Under the pieces are notes generated by a model. It worked only from the letters and a program-made list of their open reading frames with translations, made no database searches and was not told the DNA's origin. A program made the translations under genes and the position numbers. This document shows, one piece after another, positions 18,024 to 28,634 of a stretch of DNA of 64,000 bases. This DNA is from a bacterium (GTDB taxonomy: Bacteria > Ratteibacteria > UBA8468 > B48-G9 > JAFGKM01), in the NCBI GenBank assembly GCA_023230585.1, contig JALNXB010000005.1, positions 6,489-70,488 on the forward strand, read 5' to 3'. Each line of letters begins with the position of its first letter. Positions within the stretch are counted from its first letter, which is position 1.

Positions 18024-19301
18024 TTATTCTTTACCATATTTTGCCTGCTCTTTTTCCCTATATCCCTCTGCAGCCCATATCTTCTTTGCAAAAACAACAC
18101 CTTCTTTTGAGGGCTTAATATCTCCTAAAATGCTTGGAAGCGGATAACCCTCTTTATATCTTGTAGGGTCGGGGTTCCAGTCGTCCTTTGCATATTTTGC
18201 TCTTTCGCTTTTCTTTCTTAAATCAGGAACCTCCAGAGTATTTGAATCGTTCAACGCCGACCGGTATGCCAGAATGCCTGTTATAGACATTGCCACTCCC
18301 TTGTAAACATCCAGATACGGCTGTTCACCGGTCTTTATTGCTTGCGCAAAAAAGTAGTTGGTAAAGAAATCGCCACCTGCATGCCCGTACTTACCAGCGT
18401 CTCTTGCGTAAGATGGAAATTCGGGTTTATATATTTTCTCAATAGGTTCATCAGGATTCTTGTCAAAAGGTTCCTTTCTTACTCTAAGCATATTACTGTC
18501 TCCAACACGCAAGTTTTCCATTAGCCCTCTGTTACAGTGGATACGTACCCAGTTACCGTGCCCCCTAAGCCCACCGTGTACTGCTTTGACAATTGCTCCG
18601 TTATCCATCCTTGTAATTATGGAACAAGCCATATCTCCTACCCTAACTGTTTTCTTACGGTTCTTATCATAAAAATCATACGGTACCACAAAACCATTAA
18701 CCTTTACTGGCAAAGTATCGGTAATAAACATTACAGGACCTAATGAATGCGTGCAATAGTAAGTTGCAGGATGCCAGTTTCTCCAATGGTTCATCCCCGG
18801 AGAAATGGAGTTGGCCGAAGATGCTTTCATAGGGTGTACATATTCGCCTTCACCATAAAGAAATTTCCCCATATCTCCTTTCTGGTAAAGTCTACGCATT
18901 TCTTGATTGAAAACCATATAAGGATAGTTTTCAGCAAAACTATATATTTTCCCGCTCTTCTCTACTGCTTCAATGAGAGCCACTCCTTCCGCCAACGTAA
19001 AACATGCCGATGTTTCACTCATAACATGTTTATCTGCTTTAAGAGCTTTTATAGCAAAAGGAGCGTGCTGGTGAAAATAGTTCGCCAACACCACAGCATC
19101 CATATCGTGTTCAAGAAATTTATCATAGTCTGTATAGGTTGAAACATTTAGTTCTTTACCCAAACTATTCAATCTTTCTTCCCATATATCACATAAAGCA
19201 ACAAGTTCCATACCAAGGGGTTCAACCGCTCCTCTCGCAAACCCAGCTCCTCTTCCTACACCAACAACCCCTACTCTTATCATTTTTTCTTTTTTTGCCA
19301 T
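18024..19301 (-). CDS. Gfo/Idh/MocA family NAD(P)-dependent oxidoreductase
   Basis: N-terminal Rossmann IRVGVVGVGRGAGFARGAV...LVALCD and the overall architecture of this family. Confidence 0.75.
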   Translation of the reverse strand: MAKKEKMIRVGVVGVGRGAGFARGAVEPLGMELVALCDIWEERLNSLGKELNVSTYTDYDKFLEHDMDAVVLANYFHQHAPFAIKALKADKHVMSETSACFTLAEGVALIEAVEKSGKIYSFAENYPYMVFNQEMRRLYQKGDMGKFLYGEGEYVHPMKASSANSISPGMNHWRNWHPATYYCTHSLGPVMFITDTLPVKVNGFVVPYDFYDKNRKKTVRVGDMACSIITRMDNGAIVKAVHGGLRGHGNWVRIHCNRGLMENLRVGDSNMLRVRKEPFDKNPDEPIEKIYKPEFPSYARDAGKYGHAGGDFFTNYFFAQAIKTGEQPYLDVYKGVAMSITGILAYRSALNDSNTLEVPDLRKKSERAKYAKDDWNPDPTRYKEGYPLPSILGDIKPSKEGVVFAKKIWAAEGYREKEQAKYGKE

Positions 19302-19349
19302 TTATCCTCCTGTAAAGAAAAATTTATATATTTAACATAAGAATATCTT

Positions 19350-19652
19350 TTAAAGAATATTCTCAAGCAGACCTGCTTGCTGTGCTCCGTAAACATCTCT
19401 ATCGCCTGGAGCACCTGAACTAATTTGCCTTGGAAATACCACCTTAACAGCTAGTGCAGCTGAAAAATAGTATATTTTCACGCTATCTTTTTTCAGGCCA
19501 TAAGATTTAGCAATAACAGATTGGTCTATTTGTTTTGTGTTAAGAGCCCTTTCAAAGTCATCTTCTGTGTTAAAGATTATATCTATAGTAATAAAGAATG
19601 GTCCTGCGTTTTTACTCCGAAAAACATCCGCTCTTTCATACAGTTTTTTCAT
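19350..19652 (-). CDS. DUF4387-like small protein, AtuA-associated
   Basis: FRSKNAGPFFITIDIIF and GDRDVYGAQQ motifs as recalled for DUF4387; immediately follows a DUF1446-like gene, the usual pairing. Confidence 0.45.
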   Translation of the reverse strand: MKKLYERADVFRSKNAGPFFITIDIIFNTEDDFERALNTKQIDQSVIAKSYGLKKDSVKIYYFSAALAVKVVFPRQISSGAPGDRDVYGAQQAGLLENIL

Positions 19653-19655
19653 ATA

Positions 19656-21026
19656 TCATATCTCCTTAAATTCAACGGGAAACAAGTAACCTGCATCCTT
19701 AACTTCCATAAGATGATAAACACTAAACTCATATACAGGACCTCCTGAAAAATCTGATGGAGAAAAAGGGAAAGCAACATTACCGGCAGTAGATTTCCTT
19801 CCCTCAAACCCATAATGTAATATCAGAGAGCGAGCAAGAGCACACACAGTGTCGGCTTTATCTTGAGTCTGAGCTATTCCTTCTATAACGATACCTACTT
19901 CATAGGGCGTCTTATCAATTTCTGGTTCAAGTTCACCCAGCACTCCATCTCTACCATAAAATAGAAAATTTAAGAGATAACCTTCTTTAATAATATCAGA
20001 TGGCAACATCTCCTTGATTTTTTCAGAAACATCTTTTTCCATATTAGGAATGTTCTTAATTACATCTTGGCTCCTTATCCCTCCTACAGCAATTGTATGA
20101 TAACCCCGTTTAACAACTCCTTCAAGTTTTATCGTCTGGTTTCCTTGTGCTGGTTTGAAAAAACTACCCGTTACTCTAACACAACAGTTACTCTTCTGCA
20201 CAAATTTGCATCCAGAAAGATCAACATATCCTTCTGGCTCATAAAACCCAAATGGGCTTAACTGTTCATAAAGACTATGGGCAGCGACCGAAATTTTTGT
20301 ACATTTTCTTAAAGGATTTGTAGGTTCAACCTCAAAATAGTCTTTTCCGATTATTCCGAACATACAATCGCTGGCTGAAGCAGGAACACTTGCAAGAGCG
20401 CCACACTCAAGTATTTTTGCAAGGTGGTATGATAGACCTACATCAAACCCCTCCATTATAGGGTAAGATGCAAAAATTGCCGTATCGCAGGCACGACCCG
20501 CAAGTATTATATCAGGTTTGGCTTTTAGTGCATCAATAAATGGAGCAACACCCATCTGCCCCACAATCCTTACAGATTCATCAACAATTTTCGGAGTAAG
20601 ATCAGGAACCGTTTCTCCAAGAGGTTTGACTCTATTTTTTTTTAACGCCTGTTTTACTATTTTTTTATTTATATCTGCCGGTATTAAAGCAATTTTTAAT
20701 GATAAAGACTCTTCTTCTGATATTTCTTTTATTATTTTTTCAGTAAAATTAAGATGAACTTTGCTCCCAGAAGTTCCTGCACTACCAATAATCAGAGGTA
20801 TTTTTGCCGTAACAGCGGCTTCTATTGCCAATTGAAGATCTCGCTTGATTTGAAGTTTTTTGGTAAGAGATTTTCCGCTACCAAGGTAGAATGGTCCAGG
20901 ATCGGAAGAACCTGCATCAACACCAATAAAATGAGGGTTTTTTTTCATACCTTCTTTTAAACTTTCAGCCGGATATCCGTACCCAAGAAGCCCAGTCAAA
21001 GATAAAATCCTTACTTCTTTATTCAT
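19656..21026 (-). CDS. AtuA-like (DUF1446) family protein
   Basis: About 456 aa with a pattern of Gly-rich loops (IGVDAGSSDPGPF, IIGSAGTSGSK); pairing with the downstream DUF4387 gene supports the assignment, which rests on memory of the family. Confidence 0.4.
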   Translation of the reverse strand: MNKEVRILSLTGLLGYGYPAESLKEGMKKNPHFIGVDAGSSDPGPFYLGSGKSLTKKLQIKRDLQLAIEAAVTAKIPLIIGSAGTSGSKVHLNFTEKIIKEISEEESLSLKIALIPADINKKIVKQALKKNRVKPLGETVPDLTPKIVDESVRIVGQMGVAPFIDALKAKPDIILAGRACDTAIFASYPIMEGFDVGLSYHLAKILECGALASVPASASDCMFGIIGKDYFEVEPTNPLRKCTKISVAAHSLYEQLSPFGFYEPEGYVDLSGCKFVQKSNCCVRVTGSFFKPAQGNQTIKLEGVVKRGYHTIAVGGIRSQDVIKNIPNMEKDVSEKIKEMLPSDIIKEGYLLNFLFYGRDGVLGELEPEIDKTPYEVGIVIEGIAQTQDKADTVCALARSLILHYGFEGRKSTAGNVAFPFSPSDFSGGPVYEFSVYHLMEVKDAGYLFPVEFKEI

Positions 21027-21070
21027 TTCTTGTTGTCTCCGTAAAAATTAGTTGAACAAAATTTATGCAT

Positions 21071-24000
21071 CTATTTTAAAAATTTAATAAATCCTGCGTT
21101 TTCAATCCGCCAAATAGCGTCACCTGTTGGTATCCATGCAGACCAGCCGCCTCTTTTAGAAATACCTATATTGAAAGATAGTTTATCAACTTCATTAGAG
21201 TTTATACCGATTTTTTTGAGAGGTATCTTCATCTCTGCTTGCCAACTCAAATTTTCTTCATCAATAATATGTGATTTATATTCTATCGATTGTTCAATAT
21301 CTTTTACAACATTAAACGGCATATTAAACATATTTACCAACCCATAATTACCTTCAAAATCTCCTTTAAAAATGTATATAGGACCTGTTGGCATATCTTC
21401 AAGCCACCAACCTCTATTATGAAACCCAAACTGACTTTCTATTGATACCTCCAATATTGGAATATGTTTCTTTAGACGTTCTGGCATATTTTCCAACCAT
21501 GGGTCAACCTCATTCTGCACACCTATATACAGGTAATCTGTGTCATAATTTAACCAGACGTACGAATTTGGACCTTTCTCTTCGCCACTTTTAAAATGTT
21601 TGTTTATCGATATTCCATTATTTTTATCTAAATCTCCCCATTCTTCTTTTTTCAATTCTCCATCTATGTTTATAGAAGATGCTCGGAGCGGAACATTGAA
21701 AGTGAGAGTTGGGCTGATTCTTTTCAAAACCTGCATAGATTCACTTATACCAGAAATGGCTTTAAAATCGGTATAAAAATATCTACCAATATCTTCTTTT
21801 GTTCTGCTGACAGGCCAACTTGCCCTTAAAACATCTTTGTATACTCCTATATTGTTCATACATACAGGGTCACATCCTGTTAAACCATAAATAGGCGAAC
21901 CTAATCTGAGTTGAAAATCCATCTCTTCAACATTCAAAAAGATAGGGTCTTGTCCATCCCAGTTGTTCTCAAACAATGTTGTACCTCTGGTATCTCGTCC
22001 AAAGGTAACAAAACGTCCTTGGGTATTGATATTTCTTTCAATTATACTGCCTTTTATTTTTCCCCATCCTGATGGTTGGTTCTTCATCAGTTCAAAGATT
22101 GGAGGGTATCTATAACTCCAAGGTGGTTGTTTAGTCCTAAATTTCTTATGCTGGGCTGATAATCTGTTCATTGAATTTATATTTGGTCCTGCATCTATAT
22201 CTTGACCTACACAAAAAATATTTGACCTGTCGCCCTGAGATATACTTGTACCTTCTCCCTCAATAAAGATGTTATTGGTAAGATAATTGCCGGGAAAAGT
22301 ACTGGATATCCCATTAGGGAATTTATAGAAAATATTTTTATCTACTACAAGTCCAGAGTTCATTGCGTCAATATGTATAGCATTTATACCGTGTGAAAAA
22401 TTTGGCGAGGAATGGTTGCTTATATGGTGAAAGAAATTATTCTTGATAATAGTGCCACGGTTCATAAGAGCTGTTGATTCGCCATAAATATACATTGCAC
22501 CAAGTTCTTGACCTTCAGAAAGCACGTCGTGTATCTCGTTGTATTCAATTATATGGTCGTTTTCATTAAAATATATTGCCTGCATAGGGGTATCATTTAT
22601 TAAGTTATGGGAAACTATTTGCCCAATACCTTCTATCCAGACAGCCATTCTGTACCCACCGCAAAATCTGTTGTAATGGTGTATATGATTATTTTCAACA
22701 GTATGTTGTGCAGGTATAAGTTTTGTTCTGTCGCCACCGTTAAGAGCCACACCGCCTTCGCCCATATCGTACATATCACAACCAACAACTTTATGTGCCC
22801 AACCGCTCTCTATCCTAATAGCAAACTGGCCAGTATTTCTTATAGTGCAACCTGCTATAAGGTTGTTGGTTCCTTTCTTTATTTCTATTCCGTTTCGCCA
22901 GGTCCCTTCAAATAGAAGCCCAGACAAAACAATGTTAGACGTACTGTTAAAAGATACAATAGGTTTATCTAAAGTTGTAACTATTATCTCATTTTTTGAG
23001 ATATCACTGGGTGGATAAAAATATAGTTTTCCTGTATCTCTATCAAGATAAAACTCTCCAGGAGAATCGAGTTCACTTAAAATATTATAAACAAAATACG
23101 GATGTTTTTTAGCTACAGGCGCTACTGCTAACCAAGAGCAAGCATCAGGCAAAATATCAGGTAGAAGGTTTATTACTTTTTTTTCTGTATCTATTGAACC
23201 TATCTTAACATGTATAAGAGAATAAGGTTGGTTTATACCAAGGTATCCTTTCACCCACATATCTTTTTCTTCTTTCCATCTTTCAGGTCTATCTCCAGAG
23301 TATATAAATTTTCCCCGCTGATACTCTGTCTTTCGATAAATTCCTTCAACTTCAGTCAACCCAGCAACCCTTTCCCAACCTTCGTTAGGCCATCGAGCCA
23401 GTTTCATTATTTTCCCGTCACATATAAGTTCAAGAGCACCAGGACGCGGTTTTCTTATATGCCTCCCTCGAGGCAACAATTGACCATATTCTGTTATTCC
23501 TGCTTCTTTTAGGTCTGCAACCCAAACTTTTCCTCTTGCTTCCTCTGGGAGCCTTTCAAGAATTTTTACCTCATCAACCAACTTAAAATTTCTAACCTGT
23601 TTACCTCCAATAATCCGTACCTCTTCTCCTTGATAGTTGCGATAAACAACAGGTGCATCTTGCTCTCCTGAGTCTTGTTTTCCAAAAACAATGGTATCTG
23701 TTAAAAAATATTTTCCTCCCCTAAAATATACGTTTATACCACCTGCAGGCATCCCCTTCTCTTTGATTTTTTTTACCTCTTCTTGTGCCCGTCTTATTGT
23801 TGCAAAAGGTTTTTCTTTCGTCCCAGCATTTAAGTCGTTACCTTCCAAAGAAACGTATAAGGAATAGTTTGGGCAATTTACCCATTCTGCTCTTTTCTGC
23901 CTAATATTTTTTATTGTTGCTCCATCAGGTACCCCTTCTATCTCTTCAAGTCTTCTTCTTATATCAAAACGATAGCCATCATTGGGAAAAGAAGAAGATT

Positions 24001-25228
24001 CCTCTTCTCTTAAAAGTTCTTCATAAAGCGGTTTTGAAAAAGAATAATTTCCTTGAGATTTGTATATATCTGCTATAAAGAGTCGTGCATTAAAAATATG
24101 GTGTTTTGAAGCGTTTTTAGATTTGATTATATCAAGATATGCCTGCCGTGCTTTTTCGTAGTCTTTCTGTTCCGTATATACTTCTGCTTGTTTGAATAAA
24201 CCATATATGCGATAATAAGGAGACAGATTCTTTAGTTCAAATATTTTTTTAAATGTGCTATGAGTATTCTTATAGTCTTTTTCTAACCTATAACTTTCAG
24301 ATATATTAAATAGAGCCAATTCCAATCCATTATTTGGGAATCTTTTAAGTTTTTCGTATTCAGAGCGAACTTTATTATAATCTCTATTTTTAATAAAGGT
24401 ATCGGCTTTTTCAAAAATTTCTTTTTGCGAAAACCCTTCTGGACCTTTACTAAGTTCTTCTACTTCTTTTCCTGTTAAAACTCTGTTGTACAAAATTATC
24501 TCATCTATATCTACTATAATTGAACCAACTCCAAGTTCAGAGAAACCTACCTTAAACTGGTTAGGATTACCTACCGCAATATATTCTTCTTCATACCCTG
24601 TTGAAGAAATAAGCATACCGTTAAGATAAAGATTTATTGTTTTTCCATCCCAAGTAAAAACAAGATGTTGCCATTGATTATCTGTTATAGCGGCGTTAAT
24701 TCTTATATTGCAACCACCTTTTTTTCCTACACCTAAAATTACACCAGATACAGGATCGTAAGTGGTGTATATACGCCACCCTTGTGTATAACCTGAGACA
24801 GACATAATGTGCCCGTCTTTTCTTTTACTTGCAGGAACAATACTACCAGGTGCTATTCTACGGAACCATACCTCTGCTGTAAACTGTCTGTTTTCTATAT
24901 TGTATGTTGGTCCTTGATAAAAACCTCTATCAAGCCGTACAGCATTTTTCTCAGACCATCTGCCTTCAACTACCTTAATATCGTCAAAAATTTCTTTTGT
25001 ACTTCTATCAATATAAGGAACATACTTTAAATCTCCTCCGTTACCGCTTAAATCTTTTACTACACTTTCGCTACCAGAAACATTTTCGAAAGTATAATAC
25101 CTTACAACGTTTTTATCTTGTTTTAGAGCGTCTCGTTTTTTCAACCATTCTTGATAACCAATACTTTCAGGTTTTGCTATATAAAGAATAGAAAAAATAA
25201 AAAAAAGAGTGTATCTTAAGATTCTCAT
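21071..25228 (-). CDS. Large secreted multidomain protein (1385 aa): signal peptide, LamG/concanavalin-like domain, TPR-like repeats, right-handed parallel beta-helix (pectate-lyase fold)
   Basis: N-terminal signal MRILRYTLFFIFSILYIAKP; LamG-like block DLSGNGGDLKYVPY...WQHLVFTWDGKTINLYLNG; TPR-like helical repeats (YEKARQAYLDII); PbH1-type repeats NNHIHHYNRFCGG...NNFFHHISNH...NNIFIEGEG. Confidence 0.55.
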   Translation of the reverse strand: MRILRYTLFFIFSILYIAKPESIGYQEWLKKRDALKQDKNVVRYYTFENVSGSESVVKDLSGNGGDLKYVPYIDRSTKEIFDDIKVVEGRWSEKNAVRLDRGFYQGPTYNIENRQFTAEVWFRRIAPGSIVPASKRKDGHIMSVSGYTQGWRIYTTYDPVSGVILGVGKKGGCNIRINAAITDNQWQHLVFTWDGKTINLYLNGMLISSTGYEEEYIAVGNPNQFKVGFSELGVGSIIVDIDEIILYNRVLTGKEVEELSKGPEGFSQKEIFEKADTFIKNRDYNKVRSEYEKLKRFPNNGLELALFNISESYRLEKDYKNTHSTFKKIFELKNLSPYYRIYGLFKQAEVYTEQKDYEKARQAYLDIIKSKNASKHHIFNARLFIADIYKSQGNYSFSKPLYEELLREEESSSFPNDGYRFDIRRRLEEIEGVPDGATIKNIRQKRAEWVNCPNYSLYVSLEGNDLNAGTKEKPFATIRRAQEEVKKIKEKGMPAGGINVYFRGGKYFLTDTIVFGKQDSGEQDAPVVYRNYQGEEVRIIGGKQVRNFKLVDEVKILERLPEEARGKVWVADLKEAGITEYGQLLPRGRHIRKPRPGALELICDGKIMKLARWPNEGWERVAGLTEVEGIYRKTEYQRGKFIYSGDRPERWKEEKDMWVKGYLGINQPYSLIHVKIGSIDTEKKVINLLPDILPDACSWLAVAPVAKKHPYFVYNILSELDSPGEFYLDRDTGKLYFYPPSDISKNEIIVTTLDKPIVSFNSTSNIVLSGLLFEGTWRNGIEIKKGTNNLIAGCTIRNTGQFAIRIESGWAHKVVGCDMYDMGEGGVALNGGDRTKLIPAQHTVENNHIHHYNRFCGGYRMAVWIEGIGQIVSHNLINDTPMQAIYFNENDHIIEYNEIHDVLSEGQELGAMYIYGESTALMNRGTIIKNNFFHHISNHSSPNFSHGINAIHIDAMNSGLVVDKNIFYKFPNGISSTFPGNYLTNNIFIEGEGTSISQGDRSNIFCVGQDIDAGPNINSMNRLSAQHKKFRTKQPPWSYRYPPIFELMKNQPSGWGKIKGSIIERNINTQGRFVTFGRDTRGTTLFENNWDGQDPIFLNVEEMDFQLRLGSPIYGLTGCDPVCMNNIGVYKDVLRASWPVSRTKEDIGRYFYTDFKAISGISESMQVLKRISPTLTFNVPLRASSINIDGELKKEEWGDLDKNNGISINKHFKSGEEKGPNSYVWLNYDTDYLYIGVQNEVDPWLENMPERLKKHIPILEVSIESQFGFHNRGWWLEDMPTGPIYIFKGDFEGNYGLVNMFNMPFNVVKDIEQSIEYKSHIIDEENLSWQAEMKIPLKKIGINSNEVDKLSFNIGISKRGGWSAWIPTGDAIWRIENAGFIKFLK

Positions 25229-25399
25229 ATAACCTCCTTTTTAACAGTTTCGTTCTACTAAATTTGACTAAGCGATATCTTTTGTCTTTTCTTCGTTAAA
25301 AAAATATGTGTCTATGAACGCCCAAATTTGTTGTCCTGAACTTGTTTCAGGATCTCTCACTTAACCCACACAGTTTGTCATTGCTAAGGCATGTCTGCC

Positions 25400-25677
25400 T
25401 AAGCCAACCTACGCTAACCTACAAGCTTCGGCAGGTATACCTTGACGCAGGTTGAAACGCTTTATGTGACTGGGCAGTCTCTCTTTTATCTTATACACTA
25501 TTGTTTATTCCCATTCCTTTTTCGCCTTCGGCGGGATTGCCACGCCAAAAAACGCCCTCCTACGCCAAGGCTTTGGTGGATAAAGCTCGCAAGACAAACT
25601 ACAAAAGACGGAATGGGGGAAAACTAACAGCCCATCCCCATACGCTACACTTGACTAAGACGAAGGTCTGACCTTCG
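25400..25677. repeat. GC-rich composite intergenic repeat element, copy B (inverted M1, M4, M2, M5 palindrome)
   Basis: 25404-25441 is the reverse complement of module M1 (ccaacctacgctaacctacaagcttcggcaggtatacc); 25487-25545 matches 62628-62687 (tatc.tatacactattgt...cattcctttt.cgcct.cggcg.gattgccacg); 25586-25619 is module M2; palindrome cgaaggtctgaccttcg at 25660-25676. Confidence 0.8.
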
Positions 25678-25688
25678 TATTCAGTTAA

Positions 25689-28298
25689 TTAAAAGAAGAG
25701 TTTTACAGAACAACTCTTTTTGAAATTATCAATTTCAACCGTTTCGGTATCTGAACAATAAGAACCGCCTTTCACCTTTACTGGCTTTATACCTTTAGGA
25801 TGTGGAACTCTTATCTTTACTTTGTTTAGTTTTTTATTGTTTTTACACTCAAAGTAAGCGGTTATACTATTATTCTCTTCAAGTTCTGAAATAGTTCCAA
25901 AAGATATTTTACCAAAATAACTTGTAGCGTTTTCAATCTTTATTTCTTTGCCGTTCTCAAGCCATTTTCTTGGGATTGCTGAAAAAAGATTAAGAGTATC
26001 GCCATCTTCAAGATAAAGCATCCAACGTGTTTGCATAAGAAACCAGGCTTCTTCATGAGTTTTATGTTGACCTGCCTCAAAATAGTGTTCCCAAAAAGTG
26101 TATGTTTCTCTATCTATGAGAGCCGTCAGTTGGTTATAATAGCATTTTAGAAAAGATTTAACTTCACCTCTTTTAATATGAGCAAAATCGTGTCTTGAAT
26201 AGTAGGGTTGGCTTAAAGCTGCATTCTCAAGTGTAACCGGAAACTGGTTAACCTTTAAAAGAAAATTGGACCCAAGTTCATCAGGGGCTAAAACCTCGCT
26301 TATTATAAGCCATAGAGAACCAGTTGTTACTCCTCTAACAGCAAAAGCGCCGTGAGAGAACCAGTTCCCGCCGTCTGCAAAAAGAATAATATTGCCGTTA
26401 TGTTCCACCCAGGGAGGCATAAAAGGCGCCCAAGAACCATCACCTACTGGGACTAATGGAGCGTTAGACATAGCAAAATAGAAACCGTTCCTAATATCTT
26501 CTTTATATTTCTCAACTTCTACTTTCAATTTATTAGAGTATTTTGGCTCAATATTTTGTGTCATTTCTACCACTCTTTTTAAACCAATATAACTGCCAGC
26601 ATTAAGAAAAAATGAATGGTAATAATCGTTTGGATCGGCTACTTTTCCATCTAACATTCCGTAAAACCCTCTCTTTCGGTTATCTTCTGTCTTGTTTTTT
26701 TCTCTCCATTTTAGTATATATTCAACAGCTTTCTTTATATTTGGTAAAACTTTTTTTACCCACTTCTCATCTCCTGTGTATCTAAAATGCTCTCCGGCTG
26801 TCCATAAGAGAGGACCTGTTTCACTTTCGTATCTACCAAAGTTCTGTATGAAACCGTTCTCATACTGTCTTTCAAAGAAAAACTGGATAGATCTTTCTGC
26901 AAGTTTATGCCAACCTACAGAATCAAAATATTGTATAATAGGCGAACTCTCTGTTCCTATCGGACTATACCAACCTATATGGGGCGCAACCGGCTCGTTT
27001 GGCTCTTTTCCGAGAGCTACTATATCACAATGAAAAAGACCTGCTTTTATTATCTCGTTTATCTTTTTTTCTGGGACATCAAAGGATGCAGTATTATCAA
27101 GTTTCTCTTTCCAATAACTTCGAGCTCCATTGAGATGAGTATCAAAATCAATTTTCAACAGGTTATCACCTCTTTTTTCTGGTAAAGGTGAGTGAGGAAT
27201 AAACATATCAAAAACCGTTTTATCTCCGGGCGGTACAAGAATTGCCACCTCTTGTTGAGGGATTGGTCTTTGGTTAAGAAGGGTTAATGAGAGTATTTTA
27301 TCATTAATGTAAGTAAACCCGTTTGAACCATCAAACCTTATCCCTTCTAAATCTTTTCCAACAAGAAAATATGGACTTTTAAACCATGCATAACAAGGGG
27401 TTTTTCCCATATTAACTGCCTCAACCCTACAACATAAAACCACCTCTTCTTCTCTACCGTACATCTCTTTTTCAAGAAAATCCTTTATTTTTTCTTTACC
27501 ATCTTCACCCAACATATTTCCACCTGAATTTGCGTAAGCAGCAAGCCAATCCGTACCCCTTACCTTATCTTTTTTTAGTACGCTTTTTTCAAGTGAAGCA
27601 AAAGCAGTAATATGGTACTCCATAAATTTCTCTTTCTGAACACCTCTAAGGATAGGCAAGAAACCTTCATCAAGTCTTCTTGTAACATCATACCGGCACG
27701 AGGATCCTTGTCCAGTCGCAAAAAGAAGGTCTCTCTGCCACAATGGGCTTTTATAAGCAAGATAAGAAGGCGTTATTTTTCCAAAAAAACCATATCTTTC
27801 CTGATAACCAAAACGGAATATTCTCATATCTCTCGATATACCCAACCAGGTTGGGGCATATTGTTCTCTATTTTTTGATGCACTATTTTCAAAGGTCTCT
27901 TCCTGCTGATTCTCAAAATCTGTAAAATCTGCTACTATCTGTTTTGCTTCAATATCTTTTATTACCTCTTGGTAAGAACGATTATCTTCTGCAGGCAACA
28001 CTACCACTTGATATTCAGATATCCAGATAGGGTTTTCAGAACATAAAACGTCCCTGAGAAAAAAAGAGAAAGGGGTCTTACCACGAATATTAACTATTGT
28101 AGCAAATGCACCAAGAGAAACCATAGACTCTGATATTAAAATTTCAATAACTGCTGAACCTGGCTCAAAAGAAAAATTTTTATTATGAGTTTTGCCTTTC
28201 CCTGATACAACACGAACAGATTTTATCTTGCCATTAACTGCTTCAACCCTACCCTCACCAGATATATTATTCCATAATACCTTTATTTTTTTATTCAT
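25689..28298 (-). CDS. Hypothetical protein (869 aa), possibly an (alpha/alpha)6-toroid glycoside hydrolase/lyase-like enzyme
   Basis: Trp/Tyr/acid-rich segments (WTAGEHFRYTGDEKWVKKVLPNIKKAVEYI; FWEHYFEAGQHKTHEEAWFLMQTRWMLYLEDGD) reminiscent of six-hairpin glycosidases; no firm family call. Confidence 0.3.
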   Translation of the reverse strand: MNKKIKVLWNNISGEGRVEAVNGKIKSVRVVSGKGKTHNKNFSFEPGSAVIEILISESMVSLGAFATIVNIRGKTPFSFFLRDVLCSENPIWISEYQVVVLPAEDNRSYQEVIKDIEAKQIVADFTDFENQQEETFENSASKNREQYAPTWLGISRDMRIFRFGYQERYGFFGKITPSYLAYKSPLWQRDLLFATGQGSSCRYDVTRRLDEGFLPILRGVQKEKFMEYHITAFASLEKSVLKKDKVRGTDWLAAYANSGGNMLGEDGKEKIKDFLEKEMYGREEEVVLCCRVEAVNMGKTPCYAWFKSPYFLVGKDLEGIRFDGSNGFTYINDKILSLTLLNQRPIPQQEVAILVPPGDKTVFDMFIPHSPLPEKRGDNLLKIDFDTHLNGARSYWKEKLDNTASFDVPEKKINEIIKAGLFHCDIVALGKEPNEPVAPHIGWYSPIGTESSPIIQYFDSVGWHKLAERSIQFFFERQYENGFIQNFGRYESETGPLLWTAGEHFRYTGDEKWVKKVLPNIKKAVEYILKWREKNKTEDNRKRGFYGMLDGKVADPNDYYHSFFLNAGSYIGLKRVVEMTQNIEPKYSNKLKVEVEKYKEDIRNGFYFAMSNAPLVPVGDGSWAPFMPPWVEHNGNIILFADGGNWFSHGAFAVRGVTTGSLWLIISEVLAPDELGSNFLLKVNQFPVTLENAALSQPYYSRHDFAHIKRGEVKSFLKCYYNQLTALIDRETYTFWEHYFEAGQHKTHEEAWFLMQTRWMLYLEDGDTLNLFSAIPRKWLENGKEIKIENATSYFGKISFGTISELEENNSITAYFECKNNKKLNKVKIRVPHPKGIKPVKVKGGSYCSDTETVEIDNFKKSCSVKLFF

Positions 28299-28431
28299 AC
28301 ATTCACTCCTTTTTTTGGTTGAACATATATAACAATTGCAAATAAATATAAACTACCCAGTTTTTTTACAAACTAATAAATAAACCACAATCAATTGAAA
28401 TTATATCATTTTAACCTTTTTTATCAATAAG

Positions 28432-28461
28432 ATTGACAAAACAAAGAATAGGTTGTATAAT
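28432..28461 (+). promoter_or_regulatory. Consensus sigma70 promoter upstream of tRNA-Glu
   Basis: TTGACA (28432-28437), 17 nt, TATAAT (28455-28460); the tRNA starts about 50 nt downstream. Confidence 0.6.
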
Positions 28462-28511
28462 AGTTAATTGGTTCTTGTGTTAATGTAAATATACATTTTG
28501 TTTAAAGATAC

Positions 28512-28583
28512 GCCCCCATCGACTATTGGTTAGGTCACCACTCTTTCAAGGTGGCAGGAGGGGTTCGAATCCCCTTGGGGGCG
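28512..28583 (+). tRNA. tRNA-Glu (anticodon UUC)
   Basis: Acceptor GCCCCCA/TGGGGGC plus G, a 3-bp D-stem (GAC/GTC) as in bacterial tRNA-Glu, anticodon stem CCACT/GGTGG with loop CTTTCAA, T-arm AGGGG-TTCGAAT-CCCCT; followed by CTTTTTT. Confidence 0.8.
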
Positions 28584-28634
28584 CTTTTTTAATGTCCTTA
28601 GTAGTTAGAAAGTTTAAACCTTTTGGAGAAACAA

